A stretch of DNA of 64,000 nt, from positions 12,798 to 76,797 of the forward strand of contig JAHCAR010000015.1 in assembly GCA_019634795.1 (NCBI GenBank), read 5' to 3'. Source of the stretch: Dokdonella sp. Lineage in GTDB: Bacteria; Pseudomonadota; Gammaproteobacteria; Xanthomonadales; Rhodanobacteraceae. The position numbers were made by a program, and so were the translations under genes. Shown here in pieces: positions 24,050-35,715 of the stretch. Position 1 is the first letter of the stretch; every line of letters starts with the position of its first letter. The notes under the pieces are model-generated. The model worked only from the letters and a program-made list of their open reading frames with translations, was not told the DNA's origin and ran no database searches.

Positions 24050-24412
24050 TCAGGAATCCGGCAGCAGATTGGCCGCGACCAGCAGTGCGCGCGAACGTTC
24101 CGGCGAATAGCCATGAAGGACGGTGTCGCCGATCACGAGGATCGGCACGCCGCGTCCATTGACTTCACGGTAGGCAGCGTACCCGCGGTCGTTCGATTCG
24201 ACGTCGAGATCGTCGAAGGCGACGCCCCATTGGTGCAGGTCGGCGCGCAGGCGCCTGCAGTAGCCGCAGGTCGAGGTCGACAGCAGGACCACGGGAGCGT
24301 CGCCGATTTCGGCGCGCAACTCGCGCATGTCGACATCCTGCGAACACGCCGACAGGCCTGCCAGGGCCAGGGCCAGGCCGATCGAATGCTGGGCGCGGGC
24401 GAGTCGCATCAT
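24050..24412 (-). CDS. Glutaredoxin-like lipoprotein
   Basis: Lipobox LSAC, CGYC motif, GVPILVIG; ATGA overlap with the upstream stop. Confidence 0.75.
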   Translation of the reverse strand: MMRLARAQHSIGLALALAGLSACSQDVDMRELRAEIGDAPVVLLSTSTCGYCRRLRADLHQWGVAFDDLDVESNDRGYAAYREVNGRGVPILVIGDTVLHGYSPERSRALLVAANLLPDS

Positions 24413-25605
24413 GTCAGCTCGTCGAAGAATTCCCGCAAGCGCTGTAGTCCCGGGGCGAGTTGTTCGGCCGGGCAGGTATAGGAAATGCGCAGGGCCAGCG
24501 GATCGCCGAAGGCGCTGCCCGGGACGCAGGCGACGCCCTTGGCTTCGAGCAGCAGGCTGCAGAAATCGACATCGTTGTTGATGACCTTGCCGCCGTGCGA
24601 CTTGCCGAACGCGCAGGAGATGTTCGGGAACGCATAGAACGCGCCCTGCGGACGCGGGCAGACCACGCCGGGAATCGACGTCAGGGCGTCGTAGACCTGG
24701 TCGCGGCGCGCCGCGAACTCGGCGTTCTTGGCAACCGTCACGTCCTGCGGCCCGCTCAGTGCAGCGATGGCCGCCGCATTGACCACTTCGGGCACATTCG
24801 TGATGTGGTTCGAATTCAGCGTGACCACGGCGTTGGCGACGACCTCGGGACCGGCGATGAACCCGACCCGCCAGCCCGGCATGCCGTAGGTCTTGGAGAT
24901 CGAGTCGACGTGGATCACGCGATCGCGCAGCTCCGGCCGTGCATTGACGAAGTTGTGGTAGCCGACGCCGTCGAAGACCATGCGGTTGTAGATGTCGTCG
25001 CAGATGATCCAGACGTCGGGGTGGCGCACGAGCACCTCGGCCAGTGCGGCGATTTCGTCCTTCGTGTAGACCATGCCGGTCGGGTTCGAAGGGTTGTTGA
25101 ACAGGAACACCTTGGCCCCCGGCAGGGCCGCGTCGAGTTGGGCCGGGGTCAGCTTGTAGTTCTGTCCGGACGGGCACGGCAGCATGCGCGCCTTCACGTC
25201 GAGGATCTCGGCGAGATCGAGGTAGGTGGTCCAGTAGGGCACCGGGAACACGATCACATCGCCGGCGTCGAGCAGCGCTTCGCCGAGGTTGTAGAGCATG
25301 TGCTTGGCGCCGATGCCGGTCGCGATGTTCTTGCGCGTGTAGCCGGTCAGGCCACCTTCCTCGAGGTGTTTGAGGAAGGCATCGAGCAGCGCGTCGGGGC
25401 CGCGATTCGAACCGTACTGGCCGCTGTCACGGTCCAGCGCCTCGCGCGCGGCGGCATAGACATGCTTGCCGGGCAGGAAATTCGGCACGCCGATCGAGAA
25501 GCTGATGATGTCCTTTCCGGCGGCCTTGAGTTGCTTGGCCTTTTCGGCAATCAGCATGATCGCGCTGGGCTTGGCGCGGCTCATGCGCGCAGCGAGATGC
25601 GGCAT
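24409..25605 (-). CDS. PLP-dependent class I (aspartate-type) aminotransferase
   Basis: FNNPSNPTG, DDIY, SISKTYGMPGWRVG; start MPHLAARM. Confidence 0.9.
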   Translation of the reverse strand: MPHLAARMSRAKPSAIMLIAEKAKQLKAAGKDIISFSIGVPNFLPGKHVYAAAREALDRDSGQYGSNRGPDALLDAFLKHLEEGGLTGYTRKNIATGIGAKHMLYNLGEALLDAGDVIVFPVPYWTTYLDLAEILDVKARMLPCPSGQNYKLTPAQLDAALPGAKVFLFNNPSNPTGMVYTKDEIAALAEVLVRHPDVWIICDDIYNRMVFDGVGYHNFVNARPELRDRVIHVDSISKTYGMPGWRVGFIAGPEVVANAVVTLNSNHITNVPEVVNAAAIAALSGPQDVTVAKNAEFAARRDQVYDALTSIPGVVCPRPQGAFYAFPNISCAFGKSHGGKVINNDVDFCSLLLEAKGVACVPGSAFGDPLALRISYTCPAEQLAPGLQRLREFFDELT

Positions 25606-25815
25606 GGAAATCCCTCGGAGGAGTGATGGGAAGGATGGATGTGAAGCAGGCAATTTTAGCACAGCGATGGCCCGGCACAGAGGTCTGGGGGCCGCTGCGC
25701 CCGGGACTCCGGATGCACGTGTTCGAGGCAGGATGAAATTTCCGCGGCGCCTGCGGAAATCCTCGGCTAATCCGGCTAAAGTGCCTGCGCAACTCCACCG
25801 ACGAGGAACAGGCGA

Positions 25816-26085
25816 ATGGAAATTTTCGGCGGCACCCACGGCATCATCATGACCATCATCATCGGCCTGCTCGTCGGTTTCGTGGCCAAGATCCTCAAGC
25901 CCGGCAAGGACCCGGGCGGCTTCATCATCACCATCCTGATCGGCATCGCCGGGTCCTTCATTGCGACCTTTGTCGGCAAGACCATGGGCTGGTACCAGCC
26001 GGGCCAGACCGCCGGCTTCATCGGCTCGGTGATCGGCGCGATCGTACTGCTGGTCCTTTACGGACTGGCGACGCGCAAGCGCTGA
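25816..26085 (+). CDS. GlsB/YeaQ/YmgE transglycosylase-associated membrane protein
   Basis: PGKDPGGFIITILIGIAGS...GFIGSVIGAIVLL; GAGGA RBS. Confidence 0.88.
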   Translation: MEIFGGTHGIIMTIIIGLLVGFVAKILKPGKDPGGFIITILIGIAGSFIATFVGKTMGWYQPGQTAGFIGSVIGAIVLLVLYGLATRKR

Positions 26086-26100
26086 AGGCGTCGATCAGCG

Positions 26101-26396
26101 GCGCGGGCTTTGATGCCCGGACCCGCGTTGCCGCTTCGTTGTAGGAGGCGGCTTCAGCCGCGATGCTCTTCTTGAAGGGTGACGGAATGCATCGCGCGTG
26201 AACGCGCTCCTACAGGGGCACGATGGCTTGCGCGGGCTTCGATGCCTGAACCCGCGTTGCCGCTTCGTCGTAGGAGCGGCTTCAGCCGCGATGCATTCTC
26301 TCGAACGGTGACGGAAGGCATCGCGCGTGAACGCGCTCCTACGGGGGCACGATGGTTTGCGCGGGCTTCGATGACTGTCCCCGCGTTGCCGCTTCG
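26101..26396. repeat. 129-bp tandem REP/BIME-like array (about 2.3 units)
   Basis: Units start at 26101, 26230, 26359; each full unit holds inverted GTAGGAG(G)CGGCTTCAGCCGCGATGC / GCATCGCGCGTGAACGCGCTCCTAC REPs. Confidence 0.85.
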
Positions 26397-26403
26397 GTGT
26401 TGC

Positions 26404-26922
<519 letters not shown>

Positions 26923-27004
26923 GGCGGGCTCCGCATTGCGAACGGACTAGGGTAATCCATTTGCCCGGTTTGCTGAACCGGATCGGCCGTTCTGCCCGCG
27001 AAGT

Positions 27005-27032
27005 GGTCCTCCGGCCGGCGGGCCGGAGGACC
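27005..27032. other. Perfect 12-bp GC hairpin in a divergent intergenic region
   Basis: GGTCCTCCGGCC-GGCG-GGCCGGAGGACC. Confidence 0.6.
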
Positions 27033-27246
27033 CCTGGGGCACCGCGCGTGCCGGCAAGGGCCCCATTTCAGGGTGCATACTGGCATGCCAGCGGCGCCAG
27101 GGTCGGGCAAACGAGCCTGCCCTCGAAAACTCCGACCATTCAAGCGCCAGACATGAAATCCGGGCATAATATGCGGCTGCCGTTTTCCTGCGGCCTCTTA
27201 TTCCCTTCCCTGCGACGGCCCATGACGAGGTCGCCCGGTAATCCGT

Positions 27247-29076
<1,830 letters not shown>

Positions 29077-29078
29077 TC

Positions 29079-29759
29079 GTGGCTGGTGGGCAACCCATCC
29101 TGCTGGCCTGGAGTGGCGGCAAGGATTGCCTGATGGCGCTGGATCGGCTGCTCGCCGATCCGCGCTGGAACGTCGTCGGCCTGCTCACGACCCTGGACCG
29201 ATCCAGCGATCGCGTCGCCATGCACGATGTCCGCGGCAGCGTGCTGCGGGCGCAAGCGGCGGCCCTGCGACTGCCGCTGATCGAGATGCCGATCGACTGG
29301 CCCGCGCCGAACGAAAACTACCTGGCGGCCTTCGCCGAAGCGCTCGAAACGGCACGACAGACCACGCCGGACCTGACCCACATCGCCTTCGGCGACCTGT
29401 TCCTGGCCGACCTGCGCCAGTGGCGCGAGGCCACGCTCGAACGCATCGGCTGGACGGCCGAATTTCCACTCTGGAATGAACCGACCCGCCCTCTGGCCGC
29501 GGCCTTCGTCGAAGCCGGTCACCGCGCGATCGTCACCACGGTCGATCTCGATCAACTGCCCGAAAGCTTCTGCGGCCGCGAGTTCAACGCCTCGCTGCTG
29601 GCCGAACTGCCGCAAGGCATCGATGCCTGTGGCGAGAACGGCGAATTCCACACCCTGTGCCATGCCGGGCCGTTGTTCGCCAGTCCGCTGCGGCTGGTCG
29701 CCGGCGCTACAAGCACACGCATGCAACGCTTCCTCAACGTCGATATCCAGCTGCGCTGA
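29079..29759 (+). CDS. Dph6/diphthine-ammonia-ligase-like PP-loop ATPase
   Basis: WSGGKDC PP-loop, FGDLF, CGENGEFHT...GPLF; GTG start 2 nt after the typA stop. Confidence 0.82.
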   Translation: MAGGQPILLAWSGGKDCLMALDRLLADPRWNVVGLLTTLDRSSDRVAMHDVRGSVLRAQAAALRLPLIEMPIDWPAPNENYLAAFAEALETARQTTPDLTHIAFGDLFLADLRQWREATLERIGWTAEFPLWNEPTRPLAAAFVEAGHRAIVTTVDLDQLPESFCGREFNASLLAELPQGIDACGENGEFHTLCHAGPLFASPLRLVAGATSTRMQRFLNVDIQLR

Positions 29760-29804
29760 GCGATCGCCTGCGCGGCGGCCGGCGCCGGCAGCCAGGACAG
29801 GCCC

Positions 29805-29834
29805 TGCATCCGCCCTGTCACATTCCTCGTATAT
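29805..29834 (+). promoter_or_regulatory. Candidate ECF sigma promoter P1
   Basis: TGCATCC-N16-CGTATAT; same elements and spacing as the site at 32560. Confidence 0.7.
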
Positions 29835-29867
29835 GGATTCGTCGACTCCACGCATCCAGCGAGCGCC

Positions 29868-30686
29868 ATGAATTCCACGATTCGCGCCAACCTGTTCCGT
29901 CTGCGGCGCCTGCTCCCCCTGCTCGGCATTGCGCTTGCCCTGCCGGGACATGCCATGGCCACCCCCGTCGCGCTTGAACACTATGTCGGCAACGCCTTCG
30001 ACATGTCGGGCCATCTGCTCTACACCGAATCGCACTGGATCCGCGGCGATCCCGGCGCACGCGAACTGCTGGTCCTGTTCCGCTGCCCGGACGGCCGCCC
30101 GTTCGCGCGCAAGCAGGTTCGCGAAGCCGGGCATGAGCAGGCCCCATCCTTCGTGCTCGAAGACGCCCGCAGCGGCTACCGCGAAGGCGTGCGCGAGGAC
30201 GGCCCCGGCCAGCGCGAGGTCTTCGTCCGCGCCGGCGCAGACGAGCGCGAACGGAGCGCTCCGGTGGCAGGCTTGCCGGGACTGGTCGTCGATGCCGGTT
30301 TCGACAGCTTCCTGCGCAAACACTGGACGTCGCTCGCCGCGGGGCAGCCGCAACGATTCGAATTCCTCCTGCCGAGCCGCTTGCAGGCCTATCCGTTCAG
30401 CCTGAGCCAGAGCGGTGAGGACCTGATCGACGGAACCCCGGTTCGCCGCTTCCGCCTGCAGCTGGATGCCTGGTACGCGTTCGCCGTTCCGGCGATAAGC
30501 CTGGCCTACGAACGCGATACGAAAAGAATCCGCGAATACACCGGCGTTTCGAACATCCGCAATGCTGCCGGCAAGAGTCTCAAGGTGCGCATCGAGTTCC
30601 CGCCCGGCGCCCGCGCCGTCCTGCCCGATGCACGGCGCCTCGACGCGCTCGAGACGGCGGAGCTCGACGGCAGCTGTGCGCTTTGA
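29868..30686 (+). CDS. Secreted/periplasmic hypothetical protein
   Basis: Signal peptide (AMA-T); LLYTESH, VVDAGFDSF, YTGVSNI segments. Confidence 0.72.
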   Translation: MNSTIRANLFRLRRLLPLLGIALALPGHAMATPVALEHYVGNAFDMSGHLLYTESHWIRGDPGARELLVLFRCPDGRPFARKQVREAGHEQAPSFVLEDARSGYREGVREDGPGQREVFVRAGADERERSAPVAGLPGLVVDAGFDSFLRKHWTSLAAGQPQRFEFLLPSRLQAYPFSLSQSGEDLIDGTPVRRFRLQLDAWYAFAVPAISLAYERDTKRIREYTGVSNIRNAAGKSLKVRIEFPPGARAVLPDARRLDALETAELDGSCAL

Positions 30687-30742
30687 TCCGGAACCATCGA
30701 TCATGTCTACTGCATGCCGCCCCTCATTGAAGGAAGAAGCCC

Positions 30743-31120
30743 ATGGCCGCCCTCTACCTCTGGATCAATGCCGTGCTCTATGCGCTGCTCGCGCTCTGGT
30801 GCACCGTGATGCCGACCCGTACCTCGCAGGCGATCGGATTCCTCGAGCTCTCGAGCTCGGGTCGCTCCGAATACGCCGTGATCTACGGCGGCATGCAGTT
30901 CGGCTTCGCCTTCCTGTTCGCCTGGTCCGCGCTCAGCGGCAACCACCGCTTCGGATTGATCTTTTCCCTGGCCATCTATGTGCCGATCCTGCTGTTCCGC
31001 ATCGTCAGCGTGCTGCGCTACTGGCCGGTCTCGGCGACCACCCTGGCCACCGGCGCGCTCGAAGTCGTGCTGACTGCGGCTGCCATCCTGCTCTGGCTGC
31101 GGCTCGATGCGCTGGACTGA
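30743..31120 (+). CDS. 4-TM membrane protein (DUF4345-like)
   Basis: SEYAVIYGG motif, four hydrophobic segments. Confidence 0.7.
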   Translation: MAALYLWINAVLYALLALWCTVMPTRTSQAIGFLELSSSGRSEYAVIYGGMQFGFAFLFAWSALSGNHRFGLIFSLAIYVPILLFRIVSVLRYWPVSATTLATGALEVVLTAAAILLWLRLDALD

Positions 31121-31191
31121 ACGGATGCGGTGAAAGTTTCGCGAACCCTGTACGATCCACCCGCGAGATCGAACAGTACCCGGGGATTGGA

Positions 31192-31755
31192 ATGGCCGAG
31201 GCAAACCCGCGTCCAGGAAATGGCGAAAACCTGGATCACCTGCTGCTTGCGATCGCCGGCGGCGACAACGCCGCCTTCGAAAACCTCTATCGAACGACCT
31301 CGTCGAAACTTTTCGGCATCTGCCTGCGCGTCCTGCCGCAGCGCGCGGAGGCCGAGGAAGTCCTGCAGGAAGTCTTCATGGCGATCTGGCGCAAGGCCGA
31401 AATGTTCGACGCCCGGCGCGCCAGTGCGATGACCTGGTTGTCGATGATGACCCGCAACAAGGCGATCGACCGCCTGCGTGCGAACGCCGGCGGCGGCCAG
31501 CAGGCCGCCATCGAACTCGACGAACTGGAGAGCGATGCCTCGGCCGTCGAAAGCGCCGAATCGGCGCAGGACCGCGAACGCATCGAAGTCTGTCTCGATG
31601 AACTCGAAGCGCCGCGGCGAAAACTCGTGCGCATCGCCTTCTACGAGGGCGCAACCTACGAGGAACTGGCCCAGCGCAGCGGCAATCCGCTCGGCACGGT
31701 CAAGAGCTGGATCCGTCGCAGCCTGCTCAAGCTCAAGGCCTGCCTCGAACGATGA
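31192..31755 (+). CDS. ECF sigma factor (SigK-like)
   Basis: AEEVLQEVFMAIWRKA, RNKAIDRLR, PLGTVKSWIRRSL; start moved to MAEANP. Confidence 0.9.
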   Translation: MAEANPRPGNGENLDHLLLAIAGGDNAAFENLYRTTSSKLFGICLRVLPQRAEAEEVLQEVFMAIWRKAEMFDARRASAMTWLSMMTRNKAIDRLRANAGGGQQAAIELDELESDASAVESAESAQDRERIEVCLDELEAPRRKLVRIAFYEGATYEELAQRSGNPLGTVKSWIRRSLLKLKACLER

Positions 31756-32474
31756 ACACGACCGACAGCCAGAGCGCGCCGCCTCCGAGCGACATGGCCG
31801 CCGAGTACGTGCTCGGCGTGCTCGATGCCGGCGAACGACGCGAAGCGGAATCGCGCATCGCCAGCGATGCCGGATTCGCCCGTGAAGTCGCCTCCTGGGA
31901 AGCCCGCTTCATGCCCTTGCTGGCCCAGGTCGCCGCGGTCCCGGTCCCGGATTACGTCTGGCAGCGGATTTGCTCCGCGCTGGACATGCCCGCAACCCGC
32001 CGCGCGTCGCGGACGAAGCCGGGCCTGTGGCAAAGCCTCCCGTTCTGGCGCTGGCTCGCCGGTGGCGCGTTCGCCGCGGCTGCGGCCTGCGCCTTCGTCC
32101 TGTTCAGCGCTCCGCGCATCATCGCGCCGCCGGGCGGCAATGCGCTCGTCTCGACCCTGGCCGACGACAATGGCGTACCGGGCTACGTAGCCCTGGTGTC
32201 CGCCGACAAGACCAGCCTGACCATCACGCCGCTGGCCGGTGCACCGGCCGACGGCCGCGCCGAGGAACTCTGGCTGATACCGCAGGGCCAGGCGCCGCTC
32301 TCGCTGGGCCTGGTCGAACCGGGACGCGCCCAGGTCATCAGGATTCCCGACCGGATGCTGGCCGATGTCGGTACCGGAGCCGTCTTCGCGATCACGCTCG
32401 AACCGCATGAGGGCGCGCCGCATGCCGCTCCATCCGGTCCTGTCATCGCCAAGGGCGGAATCGCCTTGCTCTGA
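31752..32474 (+). CDS. Anti-sigma factor, RskA family
   Basis: AAEYVLGVL, TM FWRWLAGG, ELWLIP, FAITLEP..P.GPVI; ATGA overlap with the sigma gene. Confidence 0.88.
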   Translation: MNTTDSQSAPPPSDMAAEYVLGVLDAGERREAESRIASDAGFAREVASWEARFMPLLAQVAAVPVPDYVWQRICSALDMPATRRASRTKPGLWQSLPFWRWLAGGAFAAAAACAFVLFSAPRIIAPPGGNALVSTLADDNGVPGYVALVSADKTSLTITPLAGAPADGRAEELWLIPQGQAPLSLGLVEPGRAQVIRIPDRMLADVGTGAVFAITLEPHEGAPHAAPSGPVIAKGGIALL

Positions 32475-32559
32475 CCGTGCGTGCCTGGTACGGCCGGCGG
32501 CAGCCAGGCAAATCAGGGGAGCCCGGGCCATTGATTCCGGCGGATGTTTCGAGGCTGCC

Positions 32560-32589
32560 TGCATCCGCGTCGCGCCTTGTTGCGTATAT
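32560..32589 (+). promoter_or_regulatory. Candidate ECF sigma promoter P2
   Basis: TGCATCC-N16-CGTATAT about 33 nt upstream of the desaturase ATG. Confidence 0.7.
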
Positions 32590-32621
32590 CGGCACGAAGC
32601 ACGGAACCGGACGATTTCCAG

Positions 32622-33587
32622 ATGCCACCAAGAACCGGGCGCACTGCCCGATCATCCCGCTACGCGCGCATCGCATCGAGCCTGCGCCACTGGTTCGACT
32701 CGGCTGAGCCGGCGGCGCTCGGCGAGGGCGCCGATCGCATCGACTGGTGGCGCGCGATCCCGTTCATCGCCATGCACATTGCCTGCATCGGCGTGATCTG
32801 GGTTGGCGTGTCGCCGACCGCGCTGCTGGTCGCAGCCTTGCTTTATGCCGTGCGCATGTTCGCCCTGACCGGCTTCTACCACCGCTACTTCTCGCATCGC
32901 GCCTTCCGCACCTCGCGCCCGCTCCAGTTCGTGTTCGCTGCGATCGGTGCCATGTGCGTGCAGCGTGGACCATTGTGGTGGGCCGCCCATCATCGCCACC
33001 ACCACCGCCATACCGACACGCCCGAGGACATGCATTCGCCGCGGCAACACGGCTTTCTGTGGGCACACATGGGCTGGTTCCTGACCCCGCGCGGCTTCCG
33101 CACGAACTGGGAGGCCATTCCGGACTTCCGCCGCTTTCCCGAACTGCGCCTGATCGACCGCTTCGACCTGCTCATGCCGGTGCTCCTCGCCGTAACTCTG
33201 TACGCGTTCGGCAGCTGGCTCGGCGCCAGCCATCCCGGGCTCGGCACCAGCGGTGCACAGATGCTGGTCTGGGGCTTTTTCGTTTCGACGATCGTGCTGT
33301 TCCATGCCACCGTGACGATCAACTCGCTGGCCCACCAGTTCGGTTCGCGCCGCTTCGAAACGCGCGACGACAGCCGCAACAACTGGTTGCTCGCCCTGAT
33401 CACGTTCGGCGAGGGCTGGCACAACAACCACCATCATTTCCCCGGTGCCGCGCGCCAGGGCTTCCGCTGGTGGGAGTTCGACCTGACCTGGTATCTGCTG
33501 CGCGGGATGGCAGCCGTCGGCCTCGTGCGCGACCTCAAGCCGGTACCCGCCGCGATCCTGGCTGCCCACGCGGCGAGGTCGGCCTGA
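32622..33587 (+). CDS. Delta-9-type acyl-CoA/lipid desaturase
   Basis: His boxes YHRYFSH, WAAHHRHHH, GEGWHNNHH. Confidence 0.9.
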   Translation: MPPRTGRTARSSRYARIASSLRHWFDSAEPAALGEGADRIDWWRAIPFIAMHIACIGVIWVGVSPTALLVAALLYAVRMFALTGFYHRYFSHRAFRTSRPLQFVFAAIGAMCVQRGPLWWAAHHRHHHRHTDTPEDMHSPRQHGFLWAHMGWFLTPRGFRTNWEAIPDFRRFPELRLIDRFDLLMPVLLAVTLYAFGSWLGASHPGLGTSGAQMLVWGFFVSTIVLFHATVTINSLAHQFGSRRFETRDDSRNNWLLALITFGEGWHNNHHHFPGAARQGFRWWEFDLTWYLLRGMAAVGLVRDLKPVPAAILAAHAARSA

Positions 33588-34831
33588 TGCGCATCGCCGT
33601 GGTCGGATCGGGCATCGCCGGACTCGCCAGCGCCTGGCTGCTGTCGCGCGCGCACGAGATCGTGCTGTTCGAGAAGAACGACCGGCCTGGCGGCCACACC
33701 GACACCCACGAGGTCGAAGTCGGTGGACACCGGCATGCCGTCGACACCGGCTTCATCGTCTTCAACCACGCCCACTACCCGCTGCTGACACGCCTGTTCG
33801 CCGAACTCGGCGTCGCCAGCCAGCCGACCACGATGAGCTTTTCGGCGCAGGACGAAGCGACCGGCCTCGAGTACAACGCCGGCTCGCTGCGCGGCCTGTT
33901 CTGCCAGCCAGGAAACCTGATCAGCCGGCGCTTCTGGCGCATGCTGACCGATCTGCGCCGCTTCTATCGCGAGGCGCCGGCCCTGCTTGGCCAGGATCCG
34001 CCTGGGCCGACCCTCGGCGACTATCTGCAACAAAACCACTATTCCGCCGCATTTCGTGACGATCATCTCGTGCCGATGGCGTCGGCCCTGTGGTCGTCGC
34101 CGGCACGACGTATCCTCGACTTCCCCGCCATCGAACTGGTCCGCTTCATGGCCAATCACCACATGCTGCAGGTCAGCGGTCGGCCGCCATGGCGCGTCGT
34201 CTGCGGCGGCTCGTGTCGCTACGTCGAAGCGATGCGGCGCGACTGGCAGGTCGAAGAACGCCTAGATTGCCCGGTACGCAGCGTGCGCCGGCATGGCCAG
34301 CAGGTCAGCGTGCACAGCGCAGCCGGGGTCGAATCCTTCGACCATGTCGTGCTGGCCTGCCATGCCGACGAGGCGCTCGCCGTGCTGGCCGACCCCGGCG
34401 AGAGCGAGCGCGCGATCCTCGGCGGCCTCGGCTACCAGGACAACGATGTCGTCCTGCATACCGACGCGTCCCTGCTGCCACGCAACCGGCGCGCCTGGGC
34501 CGCCTGGAACGCGCACATTCCGGCCGATCGCGACGCGCCGTGCACGGTCAGCTACTGGATGAACGCCCTGCAATCGATCGATTCGAGCGAACCGCTGATC
34601 GTCAGCCTCAACCGCAGCGCCGCGATCGATCCGGCCAGGGTGCTGCGCCAGCGCCACTACCGGCATCCGCTGCAGACGCCGGCATCCGCGGCAGCCCGGC
34701 GGCGCAAGGCCGAGATCCAGGGCAGGTCCGGCACCTGGTTTGCCGGCGCCTACTGGGGCTTCGGCTTCCACGAGGACGGCGTGCGCAGTGCGGTCGAGGT
34801 TGCCCGGGCCCTGGGAGTCGACTGGCGATGA
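33587..34831 (+). CDS. FAD-dependent oxidoreductase (amine-oxidase fold, UfaD-like)
   Basis: MRIAVVGSGIAG, GGHTDT, VDTGFIVFN..YP, GAYWGFGFHEDG; TGATG coupling. Confidence 0.88.
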   Translation: MRIAVVGSGIAGLASAWLLSRAHEIVLFEKNDRPGGHTDTHEVEVGGHRHAVDTGFIVFNHAHYPLLTRLFAELGVASQPTTMSFSAQDEATGLEYNAGSLRGLFCQPGNLISRRFWRMLTDLRRFYREAPALLGQDPPGPTLGDYLQQNHYSAAFRDDHLVPMASALWSSPARRILDFPAIELVRFMANHHMLQVSGRPPWRVVCGGSCRYVEAMRRDWQVEERLDCPVRSVRRHGQQVSVHSAAGVESFDHVVLACHADEALAVLADPGESERAILGGLGYQDNDVVLHTDASLLPRNRRAWAAWNAHIPADRDAPCTVSYWMNALQSIDSSEPLIVSLNRSAAIDPARVLRQRHYRHPLQTPASAAARRRKAEIQGRSGTWFAGAYWGFGFHEDGVRSAVEVARALGVDWR

Positions 34832-35715
34832 TGTCCTCGCTTGCCATGTCGGCGCGCACGACGACCGAAACGGGAGCCGGCGACGGACGCCCGCAGCGCC
34901 ATCCGCACGAACAGGGTCGGCACGCAGCCGCGCAACCCGTCCTCGAGAGCGCGATCTACGAAGGCACGGTCCTGCACCGTCGACATTCACCGCACGCGCA
35001 TGCCTTCCGCTACGGCATGGCCATGCTGTTTCTCGATCTCGGCGAACTCGACCGCATCTTCGAGGGTCGCTGGTTCTGGTCGATCGATCGTCGCAACCTT
35101 GCCGAATTCCGTCGCGGCGACTTCCTCGGCGATCCGTCCACGCCACTCGAGGCTGCCGTTCGTGCGCGCGTGGCCGAGACCATCGGCCGGGTTCCCGAAG
35201 GGCCGATCCGCCTGCTCACCCATCTGCGCTACTTCGGCCACAGCTTCAATCCGGTCAGCTTCTACTACTGCTACGAAGCCGACGGCCGCAGCCTCGACGT
35301 CGTCGTCGCCGAGATCACCAACACGCCGTGGAAGCAGCGGCATGCCTACGTGCTGCCGGTCGCCGAGGCCGAGCAGCACGCGGCGGCGCTGACCTGGCGA
35401 TTCGAGAAGCGCTTCCATGTCTCGCCGTTCATGGCCATGCAGCACGACTACGCGTGGCGCCTGCTGCCACCGGGGGAGACGCTGTGCATCCACATGGACG
35501 TGCTGCACCGAGGACCCGGTTCCGGCCGCGCCTTCGACGCCACCCTGACCCTGCAGCGCAAGCCGATCGACGCATCCGGCCTTGCGCGCGTGCTTTGGCG
35601 CTATCCGCTGATGACCACGCGGATCGTCGCCGCCATCCACTGGCAGGCGCTGCGCCTGTGGCTGCGCGGCAATCCCGTCCACGACCATCCCGACAAGAAG
35701 GCTGCCCCTCCATGA
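34828..35715 (+). CDS. DUF1365 family protein (UfaO-like)
   Basis: HRR..HAFRY, FNPVSFYYC, EITNTPW, KRFHVSPF, IHWQALRLW. Confidence 0.88.
   Translation: MMSSLAMSARTTTETGAGDGRPQRHPHEQGRHAAAQPVLESAIYEGTVLHRRHSPHAHAFRYGMAMLFLDLGELDRIFEGRWFWSIDRRNLAEFRRGDFLGDPSTPLEAAVRARVAETIGRVPEGPIRLLTHLRYFGHSFNPVSFYYCYEADGRSLDVVVAEITNTPWKQRHAYVLPVAEAEQHAAALTWRFEKRFHVSPFMAMQHDYAWRLLPPGETLCIHMDVLHRGPGSGRAFDATLTLQRKPIDASGLARVLWRYPLMTTRIVAAIHWQALRLWLRGNPVHDHPDKKAAPP

Noticed and set aside
21408-24110. 900-aa plus-strand ORF, and similar long antisense ORFs (2515-3975, 7647-9428, 11165-13147, 16496-18655, 28815-30704)
   Set aside because: They overlap clearly recognisable genes and have Arg/Gly/Ala-rich, motif-free translations typical of high-GC shadow frames.
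26101-26396. Repeat array as a CRISPR
   Set aside because: Whole 129-bp units repeat with no unique spacers, the repeats are GTAG REPs, and no cas genes are present.
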